A program made the translations under genes and the position numbers. A stretch of 64,000 bases of DNA from Tubiluchus corallicola (Eukaryota > Animalia > Priapulida): contig JAQGDQ010000022.1 in the NCBI GenBank assembly GCA_030141605.1, forward strand, positions 558,001 to 622,000. Direction: 5' to 3'. Positions 60,808-64,000 of the stretch are shown here, in pieces. The notes below the pieces were generated by a model, which did no database searches, was not told the origin of the DNA, and saw nothing but the letters and a program-made list of their open reading frames with translations. Each line of letters begins with the position of its first letter. Position 1 is the first letter of the stretch.

Positions 60808-63508
60808 TCACAGATGCTCAACCAGTGTTGGAGTGTGCATATTTTTCCTTTTAGAAGGCTTGGTCTTCTTACTTTTCTTGGAATTTGTACCTTTAAGAGA
60901 CAAAGAGTTGAAAACATTGAAAACTTGAATAATGTTAGTAGATCATTACAGCTTATAACCGCACAAATTTTTCAATGCCTTACAGTGTAAGACAGTTGCT
61001 TTGCAATGTTGCTCTATTCATTTTCCTGAACTCCCGCTTGCCTGGTATTAGAGATTAGACTGGAACCGTGACAGCCAATTATTACTCTAATTTCAACAGA
61101 GAATTTTGGATTACCAATAGTGATTTCATTCACCTAGAAAATTGAGCAATTGGAAAAAGTAATACAGCACAAACAGGGGCACTCTGTCAAATTCCCATCA
61201 ATAAAAATTTCATGTTAACACAACATTTTGGGCTTTTTACAGCAAAAGTAGAGATAAACAATGAACTATGAAAAATTTTGGTTAATAATTTGGTTAGGCA
61301 ATGATGCCACGTAATACACTAGATATTTAACATTGTGTTACCTACTAGCTTGAGAATTTTCCCACTGACATGTTAGCTTGGTAAGATAATAGATTCAGGT
61401 AATACTTCTATCAAAAGAGAACAAGGTTAAATCTACCATAGACTTTTTTGGCAAACTGATGACTCTGCAGTGCTTTATTCTGTTCCTATCATTTCAAATC
61501 TACTCCTCTAAGAAAGTATGAGCATGGAAAGAGTCTCCAACCCAGTTGCAAAGTATAATACATGTATATAAACTAGTTTTCATACTTTAAATATGTGATG
61601 CCGGCCAAATAATTGAACAATTATATGAGTATAAGTTTAGGTCCCTGGAAAAAGCTGAAAAGGAAAATATGCCTGTTTACATACAATATAGCGTAACTTT
61701 AGTTAGAAACAACCCCATAACTTCATTATAATTTTCTGGGAGGCATGCTAGGGGGAGTGTGACAATGCACCCAGTATTTTTGAAATAAGCTTTGATTAAA
61801 ACTCACTCAGTTGCGCATCGCACAAAACCCACTCAGTTGAGCATAGCACAAGTTTGATGGAAAGCAAAGAGTGAAGAACATACTATTAACAGTTGAAGTG
61901 GAATCAGCAGGGCTAGGCTGATTGGAACCCTCCCACTGCAGACTGTCCCTGAGCGACTGACTCTCCACATCATCACACGTGTCAATATCAATGTGTATCT
62001 CTTCTGCCTCGAGTTGTGATGCACTGTAAATAAGAACCAAGAAAAAACAAAACAGTAAAATGTCAGTCGTTTATTAAATGTCCATTATTAAAACCGCCAT
62101 TAAACCATAAGTCAAGAGTTCACCATTAAATTTGCTCCCAAGGTATTAGAGAGTTGCAAAGCAAATTAAGCGTGTATTAGTATATTTGTTGTTAAAATGG
62201 TGTATATAGATACCAAATACACTGCCACAAAAAACCAACCTGAGATTACATCATCTGTTGCGCCTGTACTTTTGCCGTCTATGAATATGCATTTAGGCCC
62301 TTCACATCATAACACAAAACCATGGAGAAGCAGTTTTCTCGCAATCACCAGATTATTAAATAGATGAATGAGTGTCGGAAAAACCTGCCACTTGAAGGTT
62401 TTATTCTACCAGCGACTCCCATTGTGCCCACAGGTTATTTATCTCGCTAAAAGAGAGCATAAATAGGTGGCCCCAGGGCCAGATTATGATTTTCTGGGAA
62501 CCCAGGCTAATGAAATTATGTGCCAGCTTAGAAAGAGCCAGGGGCCCTTTATGTCAAACAAGGGTCCACTTTTTTAAAACTGGGTTTTAGACTCCGGGGC
62601 CTCGTTTTTTAGAGTTAAAATTTTGTTATAAGTAAATGAATCATTCAGCAATGCAAAATATCAAAATATTATACTCACTTAAAAAAATTATTTGTGAAAA
62701 TCTTTTAGCAGGGTCCCTCAAGTTTGGGGCCATAGACCCTGGATGGCCCAGTGAAAATACAGAATACAATAATTTTAGAAGTAATTGCCTAACAAAGTTG
62801 AAAAATGTTGAAGCCTCAGCATTAGAAAACTCACAAATTAAGCTCTGATGAATATAATATAGTTTCATTTTTGTACCAAGCTGTATATGAGATAACCGAA
62901 AATCAAAATATCATACTATGGTATTATAAAAGATTGAGATGTCAGTTTTTCCAAAATAAAAGTGCATGCAGGTTTACACTTCAGTGAAGTGGGTAGGCAG
63001 CCTGGTAGCTTGACACACGGGTTTTACTAAAAGAGTTTTACTTGAAAAACTTTGTCTCATTTTTAAGATTTTTTGGAGGTTGCTTGCCGAGTTTGGCGAG
63101 GTGAAGAGACTTATTCTACATCAACCAAAATGCAACAGCTTCAAACCTCAATAATCTATATAATTACATTATGAACGATTTTCAGATTTAGTATTAAACC
63201 CAGTATAAACTATTCCTGCGGAACATTCAACAAGATAGACAGCACCACACAACAACAATAACAACAAAAATGACCCATAGCAGGACTGACCATTTGAGCC
63301 CTATTCTTGGAATGCCTTCAAAAATTATATATACGGGCAAAGGTAACAGTTAGTTTGCGACACATTTCTGCCAATAATGGAATTTTTGAAGGCAGTTGCA
63401 AATCACAAAACACCGTGCATTACTCATTTCACTCACCCTTGTTGGCCAAGAAGGAAGATCCTAACAGCTTTGCGCTGCTCCTCTGAATGTTGAGGACATC
63501 GATGAGAC
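60808..63508 (-). CDS. ATXN7L3: Ataxin-7-like 3 / SGF11 (SAGA deubiquitination module), last three coding exons; gene continues beyond the window
   Basis: Exons (minus) 63508-63437, 62023-61884, 60890-60808, phase-consistent. SHRCPQHSEEQRKAVRIFLLG is the end of the SCA7 zinc finger; it is followed by SQSLRDSLQWEGSNQPSPADS and a Lys-rich tail, as in ATXN7L3. Confidence 0.85.
62474..62753. mobile_element. Possible degraded hAT-like MITE
   Basis: Begins CAGGGCCAGATT and has repeated GGGCCC/GGGTCC motifs in an AT-rich intron; right terminus and target duplication unclear. Confidence 0.35.
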
Positions 63509-63825
63509 CTAGAAACACAGCAACGAAACCTGAATGTCATGGCAGAACTAGACAGAAACTGAGTTATCCAAAACAATTTGCAATTTTATTCTACAAGTTA
63601 CAGAACCTTCTGTTTGCCGACCTGACTTGTTAATAGTTATGCCTCTCGATCACTGCTAGACTGGCACACTCAAATCTCATGCCAAGAGATCTTAGTTGGC
63701 AAGAATTTATAACTTAGCAAAGAAACTTGTATTATGAACAAGCAAAGGTTGTCAAAGAAAAGTTTGATGATGCTTAGATAATGCTCGATGATTTGCAATG
63801 AGTGACAATATATATAGCAAGGCGT

Positions 63826-63998
63826 AGATATGTTACAATTCCCAGACATGCTACAATGTATAGATTCAAATACAGTTCATAGATATGTGTTATAATGTAT
63901 GGATATGTTACAATGGGGAGATAAGCTACAATTTATAGGAATGTTACGATGTATAGTCAGTATAGATGTATTACAATGTTGTGTATGTTACAACATGT
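63826..63998. repeat. Degenerate minisatellite of about 18 bp (AGATATGTTACAATGTAT)
   Basis: The unit recurs about 7-8 times up to the window end. Confidence 0.8.
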
Positions 63999-64000
63999 GA

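Overview
AT-rich, intron-rich animal (invertebrate-like) nuclear DNA, not prokaryotic; most of the ORF track is spurious. Splicing by hand (GT-AG, phase-consistent) recovers four genes. These are MEIOC (+, 11 exons, 321-10317, possibly 5'-incomplete), UBXN4 (-, 13 exons, 28286-16448), STARD3/MLN64 (+, 14 exons 39224-58560 plus a candidate first exon at 29491) and the last three coding exons of ATXN7L3/SGF11 (-, 63508-60808). Introns carry many DNA-transposon relics: a pogo/Tigger element nested inside another pogo-type element, a deletion derivative of it in inverted orientation, and Tc2-like and hAT-like MITEs. There are also a Helentron-like tandem-repeat element and a SINE family that appears to fuse a tRNA-type A box to the 5S rRNA internal control region. 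The most notable observations are a U12 (minor-spliceosome) intron next to a 29-nt micro-exon in UBXN4, tandem FFAT-like motifs in STARD3, a long candidate MEIOC 3'UTR with paired Pumilio elements, and gene linkage that recalls the human Hox paralogon. I found no convincing wholly new biological system. Gene identities rest on recalled protein motifs, not on database searches.
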